From assembly GCA_951406725.2 (NCBI GenBank), contig OX597831.1, positions 36,456,001 to 36,520,000 of the forward strand: a stretch of DNA of 64,000 nt. The letters run 5' to 3'. Positions 1 to 12,751 of this stretch are shown piece after piece. Within the stretch, counting starts at the first letter, position 1. The number at the start of each line of letters is the position of its first letter. The position numbers and the translations under genes are program-made. The notes under the pieces are model-generated. The model had not been told where the DNA came from and searched no databases. It worked only from the letters and a program-made list of their open reading frames with translations. The stretch comes from Octopus vulgaris. Lineage: Eukaryota.

Positions 1-430
1 GTTTTGTTAGAAGACACTAATATACACACACGTACACACACGCACAAATGCTCGCACGATCAATAAAAGAATCAGGCTCATTATTAGATTCAACCCCGTA
101 ATTATGGAAAATAGCCTGGAAATAACTTGTAATTGGTATATTATTAAATTCAGAATTATCACAGCAAATTTGTATTATTTCAGATGAACTGACGGAATAA
201 TTTACAGAGAAACGTGTGTTTGTGAAATAGCTGAGTGAACGAGAGTTTTTGATCAGTTCAACATATCATCGTATCCCTTATGTTTCACCATGTTTATCAA
301 GCGTTTAAAATTTAACTGTTATTACCAAATTGCATTAATCTAATTTCCCTGATTAACCAATTGAAAACTTTGACTGAACAACCAATCAAGAACTTAATGA
401 TGATAACCTGCCAAACGAGTCTATTTTAAT

Positions 431-1865
431 TATTACCTCCGCCTTAGCGAAGGCGGTGGTATTGCTTACAGTCGTGTTTGTTTGTCCGTGGACAAGATAT
501 CTCAAGAACTGCTGTATGGATTCGGGTGAAACTTTCAAGGATGTTTCGCCTCGTGACTGGTACGAACTGATTAGATTTTGGGATCGATCTGGTACCGGAT
601 AAGAATTCTGAATTATTTTTCCTGTTTTTTCCTTAATTTTTGAGAGCAGTCGGGTTCATTTTTAGTATTCTCGTTTGTGAGAGCAGTCGAGTTTATTTCA
701 GATATTCTCATTTTTTAAAAATCCTCTCTGGCTGATCATTGAAAAGACATTGGTGTTGCCTCCCATATACCTTGGAAGGCGAGCTTCCAGAATTATGGTA
801 GAGGAGATCCCACCCAAAATTAATGTGGCCTGGGTGGCGGCTGCTGTACTTCTCGGTAACGAGGATGAAATAGCAGCCCTTCGGGCCACCATGACTGGAA
901 ATACCATTTGGAGAGGACAAACGTTAGATATGATCATTCAGGGATCACAAGAAAATTTGGAAAGCATGACAGAGACAGTTACAATTGAGGACACGGTGCT
1001 GAGAGTGAGGGCAGAATCCCTCGACGCTTTAAATGTGGTCTAAAGGGGTCACATCAGAGCATACTGCCCTTCACCAACCAAGAAGACCCAGGAGGAACCA
1101 AGGGAGGATTCAATGAGAGCGAAGGAGGATTTACCATGAAGACGACGAGACGCGGAAGACAGTGGAAAGTAAGAACTCAAGAAAAAGGTAGAAGACAAAT
1201 CATAAAAATTTGAACACCCAACCCACACCTTCTCAGCCCACACAAACGCCAAACCTACCCACTCCTTTCCGACACACAAACAAAAGAAGAAATCACCAGC
1301 ACACAAGAACCCTCAAACTCCCTCCTCCAAGATAAAAAAGAAAAAATTGTTCAACGATAATGTACGATGACGCTAATGAAGAGTTGTATGATGAGGTAAG
1401 ATCTTGGAATGATAATCTTGGCAATGGAAACAAACGGTTTTCGATAACATCAAGGGTTGGCATTGCTTTTTATTACTTTCGGAGGCTCAAAGAAAGAGGG
1501 TATTGAAGTATAAAGGTGGATATAAGATGTGGGAGGTGGAAGTGGATAGGAATGATATGCCAGGCTGTGCGACCTATGAGGAATTATTGAAAGAACACGG
1601 GATAGATATTTTGGAAGGATCAGGATATAAAAGAAATTAAAGGCATAAATGAAGGTGCTTGGAGGTAGAGCCGAGTGTCTTCATTACATCTTTCATTTTC
1701 ATCTTGTCATTACATGTTTTTCATACGTTGTCCTATTTTCCCCTGTCTTGTGTCCCCACATGTCATGTATTGTCTCCTCTGTGTTCGCCCCACGGTGGGC
1801 AATAAAAAGAGGGCGTTGGTGTTGCCTTGGCGGAGGTTTGCGCTCTCTGTGTGTTCTTGTTTAGT
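431..1865 (+). mobile_element. Helentron-associated non-autonomous element (HINE/DINE-1-like), interrupted by a retroposon at 761-1810
   Basis: 5' hairpin ACCTCCGCCTT-agcg-AAGGCGGTGGT (435-460) followed by a TGTTTG repeat. The matching 3' subterminal repeat GGCGGAGGT (1829-1837) is followed by a short GCGCTC stem-loop remnant and a T-rich flank. This is the HINE end architecture. Confidence 0.65.
761..1810 (+). mobile_element. Decayed non-LTR retroposon carrying L1/Tx1-like ORF1 (gag-like zinc knuckle) and a 3' UTR
   Basis: ORF 750-1043 runs via frameshifts into (C>R)FKCGLKGHIRAYCP at 1025-1070, a CX2CX4HX4C knuckle. The insert ends in AATAAA (1801-1806). TTGGTGTTGCC is duplicated on both sides (750-760, 1816-1826). 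Confidence 0.6.
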
Positions 1866-2029
1866 TTAATTTTTAAGAACCTAGCAATTCCTTGTGAATT
1901 GATTTGGAAGATAGAAACTGTGCAGAAGCCTATCGTGTTTACAAATGCCTTTACACGGTTTCATGACTGGCATCTAAATACAGAGAAATTAAGAATACTT
2001 TGTTGTATTCATCTGATGATTGAGTATAT

Positions 2030-2240
2030 TCTTTTATGTTTTTATCATTGTTCTTGTTTCAGTCAGTTGACTGCAACCATACTGGAGCACCACATTTAGT
2101 CGAACAAATCGACTCCAGGACTTAGTCTTTGTAAGCCTAATACTTATCGGTTTCTTCTGCCGAACCGCTACGTTTTGAGGACGTAAACACATCAACATCG
2201 ATGTCAGGTGATGGTAGGTGAGGGGACAAACAGAGAGGCA
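2030..2240 (-). mobile_element. SINE family A, 3' half
   Basis: Reverse complement of the GGCGGTGCTCCAGCATGGCCGCAGTCAAATGACTGAAAC tail and body seen in the full copies at 14636 and 36511. Confidence 0.8.
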
Positions 2241-2244
2241 CTAA

Positions 2245-2271
2245 TACATGCATACATGCATACATATGCAT

Positions 2272-2331
<60 letters not shown>

Positions 2332-2384
2332 GTATGTATATATATATATGTATATATATATATATGTATGTGTATATATATATG

Positions 2385-2415
<31 letters not shown>

Positions 2416-2462
2416 ATATATATGTATGTATGTATATATATATGTGTGTATATGTATATGTT
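2245..2462. repeat. Compound (TA)n/(TATG)n microsatellite
   Basis: Directly visible. Confidence 0.95.
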
Positions 2463-3789
2463 TATAACACTTATAGTTCATTGTTGTACTATTCAAAACA
2501 TTATTTTTTACAAACAATATACAATGCTTCAAGCGAACTACAACACTCTCCTAAGATATACTCTGGTCGAAGGAGAAGAATTAAGCTGTATCAAAAGTAA
2601 AATAATAACTAATAGGAGAATATGAGTAGTATGAACATCGAATAAGAACACTCCATCATATCACCAAGAATTTAACAATGAGTTGGGTTCGAAATAATGA
2701 GTTAAGAAACGGTGTAAAAAACAATCACAAGGCAGTTGAGGTTTCTTAGATAAAATTTCATACTTTGGTGTTTGTTAGAAATGTAAGTCTTGGCTTAAAA
2801 GCTATCCTACGTATTGTTTCTGGACTGGGTGAAGATCCATTTGTATTACTGACGTAAATGTTACTGAAAAGCTATAGTCGGTAGTGTTTTCGTTGATGTT
2901 ATTTCTTGCTCTCATTAACCTAATCCGAAGCGCCAAGAAAATTTGCTCGAATATGGTAGAACTAGAAGCGAAATTAAATCTTTCTCAAACTGTACTACTG
3001 CGTTTTATAGAAAGGAAGGACGCTACTTATATAAAGTAATCTTAGGTCATCCTGTTCGCAAAACTCCTGGAGACCATGAGTTTAGTTGAAACCTTTGTTA
3101 AGCAGACTTTTCAAAACACGAAGTCTGTAACAAAATTAAAATAAAAGGAAACATTGGTTTTAAAAAATTGGAGTGGCAGTCACTGTTCTAAATAACCTAC
3201 CACGATAACTGGATAGCCATGACTAAAACGTTTTTGGTTATGGGCGTGTTCCATCAGGGTTGATTTCGAAACCTTTTGGTTCCAGTAATTTGTAATGAGA
3301 AAAGTAAAAAAAAAAATCTCACTGAACGGAGATGGTTTTGTGTAAGGAAAATTAGTTTTAACACCGTTACTTGCGGTGATCAAATTTTAAATCCCATTGT
3401 TAGCTGCATTCTTATGCATCGGTTGTGAAATGCATAATAATGCAACAGAATAACAGTACTTTGTCACCTTTAAAAGAGCGAAGCACATAAAGCTGTTCGT
3501 GCACATGTGTGTATTACTTTATGTGAGTGGTCATTTACTAACAAAAAGTTGTTATTTCATGAAAAAAATCCAGCTAATAGCCAGTTACTCAACTATGTAC
3601 TGGAGGCATGCATTTACAATTATCGTTCTTTACTCTTTCGGAAAAGATTATTAGTGAGGATGTCCAAACATTTAGAATAGCTGATAGTTAACGTGTTTTA
3701 GTTATATAACTATACAATTCAAACAATTTCTTTTTTTATGTAGAAGTAACACCATATGACAAAAGTAGCAAATGTTCAGCGAAGGTGAC

Positions 3790-3821
<32 letters not shown>

Positions 3822-4626
3822 CGATGATGTTGACAACGACGACAACAACAGCAATGATGACAACATAAAAGAAGGTTGAAGCGAGGAGAATCAACACTAT
3901 AACTTTATTTTAGATAAACTTTTTCGATTCTAAACAAAAGTCAAATCAGTTTACATCTAAAAGAAAAAAAGAATATGTCTTAAAAACTGCTATCATACAA
4001 CAAAGGAACAAATGCAATGGAATATAAGAAAAAGAATTATAACAACGACAGAAAAGAAAAAAATTGTAAGAGGAAAGAGGATATTTCTCTTGCAGCATGA
4101 AAGAATAAAAGAATAAGAATGAACAGATGTGTGTTTGCGAAATAGGGAATATATTTTGTTGTTGGCGAATTCTTCATTTTTTTTTTTTTTTTGCTCTTTT
4201 ATAAAGTGAAGTGGTGGAGAGGGCGATTTTGCTAACCAAAACTTCACAGAAAAATTAGAGTTAGACAATCAGCTTTCCTGCAAATTCTACACACACAAAA
4301 AAAAAAAAGGAAAAGGAATGAAGAAAAACACTTTTTTTTTTAAACACCTGCACCGTTTTCAGATTGAGCATCATGTTGTTTGTATCATAACTTACTATAT
4401 GAAAGGAAGACAGAAAATAAAGCGAAAGGAAAAGAATCGAAGAAGAGAATAAAAGAATGCCAAAAATAACAATAAGAATGATTCCAAACAAATGCTTTTA
4501 TGAAGTTATTTCACAGAGAAACAGATCCTATATTACATCTTGCCGAAAAGGAAAGAATTATTTGTTGCTTCGCTTCTTTGAATCTGCGTGTTTGTAAGGG
4601 AAAAAGGAATATAATATACATACGCA

Positions 4627-4650
4627 TGTGTGTGTGCATTATATATATAT

Positions 4651-4731
<81 letters not shown>

Positions 4732-4908
4732 TTATATTTATATATATATTTATATATATATATATATTTACATATATATATTTATATATATATGTATATA
4801 TATATATGTATATATATATTTATATATATATATGTATATATATATGTATATATGTGTGTGTGTGTTTATATATATATATGTGTGTGTGTGTATGTATATA
4901 TATATATG

Positions 4909-5000
<92 letters not shown>
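4627..5000. repeat. Compound (TA)n/(TG)n microsatellite
   Basis: Directly visible. Confidence 0.95.
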
Positions 5001-5003
<3 letters not shown>

Positions 5004-5309
5004 AAAGAGAGATGTGAGTGCAAACAAAATAATAGTCGAAATAAAAGGTTGAGTTTATTACTGTCAGTTACATGGCACTGGCACATGCCTTCTCTTCGGT
5101 GCTCACACTTTATTGTGTGACTTCACAAAAGACTAGAATCGTGAATCATTCCTAAATAACTCGGCTGTTTAGCTCACGTATATGACATCTATGAATTTGA
5201 TGAATTCAAATACTGACAAATATTAAATGCACACAGAGAAGTGTAACCTGTTGCAATAACAGTTCAACAACACAACTGCAATACTTAAATATCAACCTCC
5301 AAAACTTAC

Positions 5310-5384
5310 CAACTGACTGTGTCTCTGATTGATAGCTTGCAGTCTGGATCACTGAGGTGTTCTTTGTTAGACTCTGACCATTTT
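5310..5384 (-). other. Candidate 75-nt internal exon of an unidentified gene
   Basis: Minus strand ttttag|AAAATGG...CAGTTG|gtaagt. Length is a multiple of 3, two frames are open, and the sequence is non-repetitive. The polypyrimidine tract is weak. Confidence 0.3.
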
Positions 5385-5465
5385 CTAAAACTGTTTTATG
5401 TGTAATGTATTTTTCAACCATTGGTCAGTGGATGGCTTTTAGATAATTTTTGTGTCACCACTCGC

Positions 5466-5618
5466 GGAGTGGTTGGCGTTAGGAAGGGCATCCAGCCGTA
5501 GAAACACTGCCAGATCAAACTGGGCCTGATGCAGCCTTCTGGCTTCACAGACCCCAGTTGAACCGTCCAACCCATGCTAGCATGGAAAACGGACGCTAAA
5601 TGATGATGATGATGATGA
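5466..5618 (+). mobile_element. SINE family C (GGAAGGGCATCCAGC core, (GAT)n tail), 3' part
   Basis: Shared with copies at 31068, 41752(-), 46789(-), 54335 and 63140. Ends in CCCATGCTAGCATGG...(GAT)n. The core resembles the MetaSINE central domain (from recall). Confidence 0.8.
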
Positions 5619-5793
5619 TATCAGGTTGTTCGGAATGTTCTTAGCATTTTTTAAGCGCAATAAGGGATAAGAAATTGTAAACATACTCTCATAATGTTTA
5701 AATTTTTTGGCAAACTATCTTTGAACATTTGATTCACCTACAGCATCTTCACCCTAAACTCTGCAAATGATTTTCTACGTTTCCGCAGCATTA

Positions 5794-6047
5794 CAGTAAT
5801 TTCTCGTCGTATTGCGGTTCACATATCGCGATTCACCTATCGCGGTTCACCTATCCCGATTCACCTATCGCGGTTAATTATTTAAGCTTACGTCGATTTC
5901 TCTGTGGTGTTGTTATGCATTTATAATAAAATAAATATATACAAATCATTAAAAATAATGAAGAATATAATACAGTATAGTGCTGTTTCTATTTCGCGGA
6001 TTTTAACCTATCGTGTGGGTTTGGAACGTAACACCCGCGATAGTCGA
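5794..6047. mobile_element. pogo/Tigger-like MITE with degenerate right end
   Basis: TA|CAGTAAT..CTCG..TATTGCGG left end, internal 14-bp repeats TTCACCTATCGCGG x4, and right subterminal CCCGCGATAGTCGA. Confidence 0.55.
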
Positions 6048-6207
6048 ATATGCAGCTTTTAGTAATTCATTTCAAATCACAATCAGGGTTGAAAGGAGTA
6101 AAATATTGATATAAGGGGGTCAATTCGGAAACAGTGCTATGACCTACTTTTGCTGGTTTGTAGTCTTGAAGTCTGGGATATAAAGTTATTGTCCTTTGCT
6201 CTGCCAT

Positions 6208-7030
6208 TTTCACGAAAGAGTAATGACTTTCGGAGAGACCTCTGCCCTTTTTCCGGTCAAAGAAGGGTCGAGGAAGCTACCTTTTAAAAAGCGACGAGCT
6301 GTGAGTTTGTGAACAGTTCGGCCGGAGACAGTGAATTGGTAACAGGGCAGTTTAGGAGTCGGCCGGAGACAGTGAATGTGAAAGACAGACAAGCGAGAGG
6401 AATGACAGCGTAGAGGAAGACAGGCAGATAGGAGTAAGAAGAGCGAGAGAGAGGGACTACGGCATGAAGGCATTTGGCTATTCGTAGTAGGAGTTGTAAC
6501 TAGAAAATGTAACGGTATGTGTTGTTTATGTTTTGATGTGTTAAAGAAGGAAGAAGAATTGTTGAAATGTGAAAGATTGATGTGAAAAAAGAAAGAGAAA
6601 GACTTTAATATAGACATTATTTGAACTTTGAACTGTATCGTGAACATTAATTGATCTGAACTGATTTGTCTCTGAACTGTATATTGTATCTGCATGCTTT
6701 GATTTGTTGTTTTCTTATTTTGTTGCATGTTATTCTCTTTGGTGTACCTGATGTATTTTACATTATATTTGATGTCGTAATTGTTATAAACTGTTGTTAA
6801 ACGTAAGCCAAATTGCCTTCCGCCGTGTCTCTCTGCGTCTCTTCCTGGTGCTGTTGTTGTCGTTATCTCCGGTCGCCGGTTGCCGAGTTCGCTGCCACCT
6901 TCCCCCACCGAATTCTCTCTCTGAGTCCGTGGCGAATTCGCCGTTCGATCGAGCCGGTCGATCGTCGTCGCTCGACTTGGTAGGGTCCCGGGTTTCCGAA
7001 GAGTTTGAGCGACTACAGGTATTCGTAACA
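6208..7030. mobile_element. Probable solo LTR
   Basis: Sharp compositional island that is CpG-rich at 6820-7020. It ends TTCGTAACA and starts with the degenerate inverted match TTTCACGAA. Internal direct repeat TCGGCCGGAGACAGTGAAT x2. No target-site duplication visible. Confidence 0.45.
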
Positions 7031-7060
7031 ATATATACTTATTTTTAACGTGGAACTTAC

Positions 7061-7088
7061 CTTTTAGGCTTCAATACTGCAAGCCATT
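7061..7088 (-). other. Candidate 28-nt micro-exon
   Basis: Minus strand ttttatttcag|AATGGCTTGCAGTATTGAAGCCTAAAAG|gtaagt, with near-consensus acceptor and donor. One open frame reads xWLAVLKPK. Confidence 0.35.
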
Positions 7089-8309
7089 CTGAAATAAAAC
7101 TCATACTATGAGTAAGATTGTTGCATGGAGGTCTTAAAAACACAAAGCCTGAAATCGTTTAGAACTTTCCAGACAACCTGGCATTTTTACTGATTTAAGT
7201 ATTGCCAGTGATGAAAATAGCATGATATGCGAGGATATTTTTATATGCATTCTGATATTGTAAGCGGGACTCAGATGAAGTTTGAACCGTAATTCTCAGA
7301 TTTTCCTAGTCTAGAATCACAACTTAATAATGTTTTCAAAAAAGGAAAAGAGTTTCGATAAAGGTTAGCAATGCCTCCGCGAATATGATTTGAGTAGCCA
7401 ACACTAACAAGTTTATTTATCGCTTAGGCGACACGTTCTCCTGCCAAATGGATTCTATAAACTTCTGTGCCGGCAGTTATCTACAGGGAAGCTAATTCAA
7501 CTTAGACAGAGCTATTTCAAGATTTGTACGAGTCGAGTCAAATGTTTTTCCTTGTCTGGTAGTATAGCATGTCTTTCACATACTCTTTATTATATAGGCA
7601 TTAATTAGTTGTGTCTGTCAGCGAATATTCAAAATATGCAATGATTCATATACCATGTACCACTTTCATAATATTTATTGACTGTACATCTGTAAACTCA
7701 GTGAAATGGGTTAATAAAATATTTGGAAACTCAGACGAATCATAATCTAATTATTTTCAAAACATTCTTCCTAACATTTAGAACATCTAAAGAAAATAAG
7801 ACCACAAACTACACTAAAATATAATACTTGTTTGTCTTGAAAAAAATATAAAAAAAAGAAAAAATCATTACAAAAATAAATTACTGATTCTTGTCTAATA
7901 TCAATGTTCTCTAATCGCTAGAATTGCAACAGTAAATTTGAGATGGTGAAACAATTCTATATTTGGGAGTTCAGGAATGGCCAACATCTCAAACCTATCA
8001 TAGCCGGATGTTTTACATCAGAGATTTCCAAACTTCACATTTTTAAAACTTCACACGTTAAATTTTCACATTAAGTTTTACTATCGAAACGAAATTGATG
8101 AATAATTAACTATCGTATCACGTGTCACTAGTCGCATGTTTAAGTTTGTGCAGAGTTGTTACATCTAAGATAAACTTAATAGTTAAGCATTCGTAAATGA
8201 TGATAAGACACAGCCTTACATCAATGCTAACTAATAACTGAATAGCTGTAACACTATACTGGGTATAGTGAAACTACATATTTGGGACCCAGATAAAAAA
8301 AAACCACTA

Positions 8310-8475
8310 GGTGCAAGAGTGGCTGTGTGATAAGTAGCTTGCTTCCCAACCGGGTTTAGTTCCCCCGTGTGGCTCCTTGGGCAAGTGTATTCCACTATAG
8401 CCTCGAGCCGATCAAAGCCCTGTGAGTGGATTTGGCAGACGGTAACTGAAAGAAACCCCTCGTGTATGTATATGT

Positions 8476-8517
<42 letters not shown>

Positions 8518-8723
8518 TTCTGTTTGTCCCCTACCATTGCTTGACAACCGATGTTGTGTTTATCTCCCCGTAACTTAGCGGTTCAGCAAAAGACACCGAT
8601 AAAATAAATACTAAGCTTACAAAGAATATGTCCTGGGGTCGATTTGTTTGACTAAAGGCGGTGCTCTAGCATGGCCGCAGTCAAATGACTGAAATGAGTA
8701 GAAGAGTAAAAAAGTAAAAGAGT
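8310..8723 (+). mobile_element. SINE family A, near full length (tRNA-like head, CORE-like CCTTGGGCAAGT motif, internal (TG)n)
   Basis: A-box-like TGGCTGTGTGA, colinear with other copies, (AAAGAGT)n tail. Confidence 0.85.
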
Positions 8724-9361
8724 TTACAAACACATGGTTCAGAGTTTTGATCCTTTTGAGTGTTATGTTACTCAAAAGAGTCCTAGCACAGCCTCACAGC
8801 AAATCTTAAACTTTGCAAGTTAAAAAGGGAGGGGGACAACCTTTATATAGAAGCCTTTTAAATTGACTGTTTTGGACGGTAAACTTAATTGCTTGCTTGT
8901 TTCAACACGAAATGACAGCAGAATCCAATCTATCTGTGGCATACATTCAAACCAAAACTAGAGTCTGAAAATAGTTTGACATCTACTTTATACTGGCTTC
9001 GACCATTGAATGAAAGTTTCTCTCTAATTTTACTCAACACCAATCTCAGAGGCCCTACTAAAACACGACAGACGTTGTGCTAAGACTAAACTATAACAAA
9101 ACATTTTAATTTATTATTAGTGGCAAAAGTTTAACAATCAATGACATGATAATTTTGTAGCTGAAGCTAAAATTAAAACTAACACATCGAAAAATTTTTA
9201 TGTACTATTTCTACCCTAGACAGCGAAAAATGTCATTACAAAATTTATATATATATATTTGCTTATATTCCAGTCAGCAGTATGTTAAATAATATGTATA
9301 ATACTTATTGTTTGTTGAAAATACATTTTTTGATTTTGTGTATATTAACATTAATTATGAA

Positions 9362-9444
<83 letters not shown>

Positions 9445-9544
9445 TCATTAAAACAATGATGTTACAAATTACTATTTTCTTCGAAAATTTTATAATTTGC
9501 TTCAGTCAATTATGGTATAAACAACAGTTTTAATGCTAGAAGCA

Positions 9545-9619
<75 letters not shown>

Positions 9620-9991
9620 TCATTGTCTTTGCACGGCTTCTAACGTTGGAGATGTACTCCAGTGTCAGCTGTTCACTACCAGTGAACTACAGTAACACCC
9701 GTTATTTTTCGAGCACCTTCCGGAGTATTTGATCGGTTCCAAGCAGTGCTGTTTTCTGCAGCCCCCATTTGTTCCACGTACTTCTCAAGATTTTTACTCA
9801 CTGTTTCCAGGGCCCCGACAATTATTGGTACTACAACCACCTTTTTCAGCGGCCACAACTGCTTAACCTCCCAAGCTAACCTGTTATATCTATCGACTTT
9901 TCTTTCTTCCTTATCGCATACCTTGCTGTCAGATGGGCATGCTATATCTATAATCCAGCATAGTTTACTTTCTTTCTCAATTAAGACTATA
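9620..9991 (-). mobile_element. R4/Dong-clade non-LTR retrotransposon 3' fragment (end of the restriction-like endonuclease domain plus 3' UTR) in (AAT)n
   Basis: Minus-strand translation IVLIEKESKLCWIIDIACPSDSKVCDKEERKVDRY...LWPLKKVVVVPIIVGALE. Flanked on both sides by (ATT)n. Confidence 0.8.
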
Positions 9992-10005
9992 TTTATTATT
10001 ATTAA

Positions 10006-10062
<57 letters not shown>

Positions 10063-10256
10063 TATTATTGTTGCTGTGGTTATTATTATTTTTATTTGTA
10101 TTATTATTATCGAGTTTCACAAAGCCGTTTATTCAAAAATGTGATTAATCATTTGAATGATCATCAAAACTCGGAGTAATAAAATAGAAAGTCTTCAGCA
10201 TTTAATATAAAAACTCCAGTCATAAATATTCATCAACCATATAAATGCAAACAAAC

Positions 10257-10271
<15 letters not shown>

Positions 10272-10331
<60 letters not shown>
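10272..10331. repeat. (GA)n microsatellite
   Basis: Directly visible. Confidence 0.95.
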
Positions 10332-10333
<2 letters not shown>

Positions 10334-10969
10334 TTTAAAGAATATAACTTACACATTAGCAGCCCCAACATAGTTTATATGAGTTTGAAATAAAGATGTT
10401 TGCAAAAAAACATTTACATTTGAAAGCACTTCACTCAAACATACACACAACTACATATATATGTATGAAAGCACAAGCACGTATAAGCGCACGCGCACGC
10501 ACATACACACACCTCACAAGCCAAGGAGGGATCATTTATGCTTACACTCGACCATCTGGGAACAAGAGCCAAATTACCCCTTTTTTTGACGGTTCAACCA
10601 CTGGATTTCGACAATGCAAGGACAATGATTTCATACTTCTAACACTTAAAAAGATAAGAAAATTGAGTTCTCTCTGATGGGAAATTTTTCGTCATACAAC
10701 TGACTCAGAACTAAGCAATAAGTACATTAAGACATGGATTCCCTTTGGTGTGTACTAAACTTTGATTTAAAAAAATATGAAAGGGAGTCAACGAAGGGGC
10801 TGTTATGTCTTTATTGAAGTGGAAAGAGATAGTAGTCAAATCTCCCTCATATCACACGACACTGGTTTGAAAAAAGCGGGACATTCTGGATAATGTACAT
10901 TTAGATTTACTATGTATCTTAGTACTTGGAGTTTATGAGGGATGTGGATATAGGCCATCGGATAGAGTC

Positions 10970-11940
10970 TTCATTTACGGAACTTGGCGCGTATAAGGTG
11001 CCCAGTCTTACCATAAAAGATTTGGTGGAAGTGATTAACGTTCACATCAATTAGTTGATTTGGCACAACTTGACTGTTGTATTTCCTCTCAGGAGCGTAA
11101 GCAATTTTGCTTCCTGTGAAAGGATAGGTTCTCCTGATCTCTAAGCATATCTGCCAATACTCACCGCAAGGAGAGTTTGGAGAGATTCTTGGGTGACGAT
11201 GACGGTAAAAAGATATGGTAACTTTTGGCATTTGGAATGCTGGTGGATGGTCATTGCACTCTACCAAGTGGTCCGTATGGCTGGTCGAAAGTCAACCTTT
11301 GCATTCCATAACAGTTTAGTAGAGGATCAGTGAAAATGGTCGAAGAGCAATAATTGACATCAACGGAGACAAACTGAGTATTCTATTCTAGAGCACCAGC
11401 ATGACCACGAAAATAACACTTTTTCCAGTATTACCTCCACTACCACATCTACTACCAGCAACAGTTGCGGCAACATTAAGAATACCGTTAATATAACGGC
11501 AAACAGGATACTTTCGTTAAAGGTACAAGAACTACAGATCCATTTGAATTAAAGATATCTAAGAAATACATAAAAGCACATCCAAAAAGAGGCTTTAATC
11601 GAGTCATTCAAGGTTGTGGAAGAACCAAGAGGTGTACAAGGAAATACTGGTGTCTAGGCATGGAGAACTGGTAATTAAAAAATTTCCCATATGCTCGAGT
11701 GGAAGAATGTTAGGAAAGGGGCACTTAAATACGTCGATATGGAGCAATATTTCGAAATTCATATCGTGGGGTAATGCCCTAGACAACACTACTGCTCCAG
11801 TGGGAGTAAAGATTATATATACGGGTTGGTGGGTGAGAAAGATGAATGGTGGTGCATGTTCTGCCAGAAATAGATAGCTGGTGGCATACATTCGTGAAGT
11901 TGGAAAAAATTATGCCAAGAAAACTAATCAAGGACAGTGA
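10970..11940 (+). pseudogene. Heavily decayed retroelement ORF remnants, possibly L1/Tx1 ORF2
   Basis: Purine- and TGG-rich coding-like composition with fragmentary resemblance to Tx1 ORF2 C-terminal motifs. Many stops and frameshifts. Confidence 0.3.
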
Positions 11941-12248
11941 TGTCATTCCAAATTCAAACCAAACCAGAACTCTTGGACCGGATTGAATTTCGAAGTGGCT
12001 ATTTGTAGTGCTGGAAGGATGAATGATAAAGCGTGTACATGTGGGAGCATCAACCACTTTGATACTTTCTGCACCCAACAGAAGAAAACCATTCAGCAAC
12101 AAACCTCACAACTACAACCTCAAAAACATTTATAGTAACAGCAGTAGTAAAGCAGTAGAAGAATCCAGAAACACCAGCATGACCAATCGAAGAGCTAAAG
12201 GAACCCTGCCACCTCATACATCAGTTACCAGAAACGAAAGCAACTTAG

Positions 12249-12541
12249 GTTTATGTCCCCGTAACTTAGCGGTTCAGCAAAAGACACCGATAAAATAAAT
12301 ACTAAGCTTACAAAGAATGTGCCCTGGGGTCGATTTGTTTGACTAAAGGCGGTGCTCCAGCATGGCCGCAGTCAAATGACTGAAATACGTAGAAGAGTAA
12401 AAAAGTAAAAGAGTTTACAAACACATGGTTCAGAGTTTTGATCCTTTTGAGTGTTATCTTACTCAAAAGAGTCCTAGCACTGCCTCACAGCAAATCTTAA
12501 ACCTTGCAAGTTAAAAAGGGAGGGGGACAACCTTTATATAG
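12249..12541 (+). repeat. 293-bp near-identical copy of 8558-8850 (SINE A 3' half plus unique flank)
   Basis: Base-by-base colinear with only a handful of substitutions. Confidence 0.95.
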
Positions 12542-12707
12542 CTCTGCTCCCTGTTCACCTTATCTGTCTGCGTACCCACGAATCTTTTACAAATACTTCG
12601 AATTAGGAAAGAAAGCGACAGCCACGTAAGCCTGAAATCGAGAATGTTTGAAAATGAAGAACAATAATCTGCACCCACTGAGACGTTAAGAAAATCACAG
12701 AAGAATA

Positions 12708-12751
<44 letters not shown>

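Noticed and set aside
6210-7031. Longest ORF in the track (273 aa, minus strand)
   Set aside because: It coincides with the LTR-like island, has a non-ATG start and low-complexity composition, and shows no recognisable domain.
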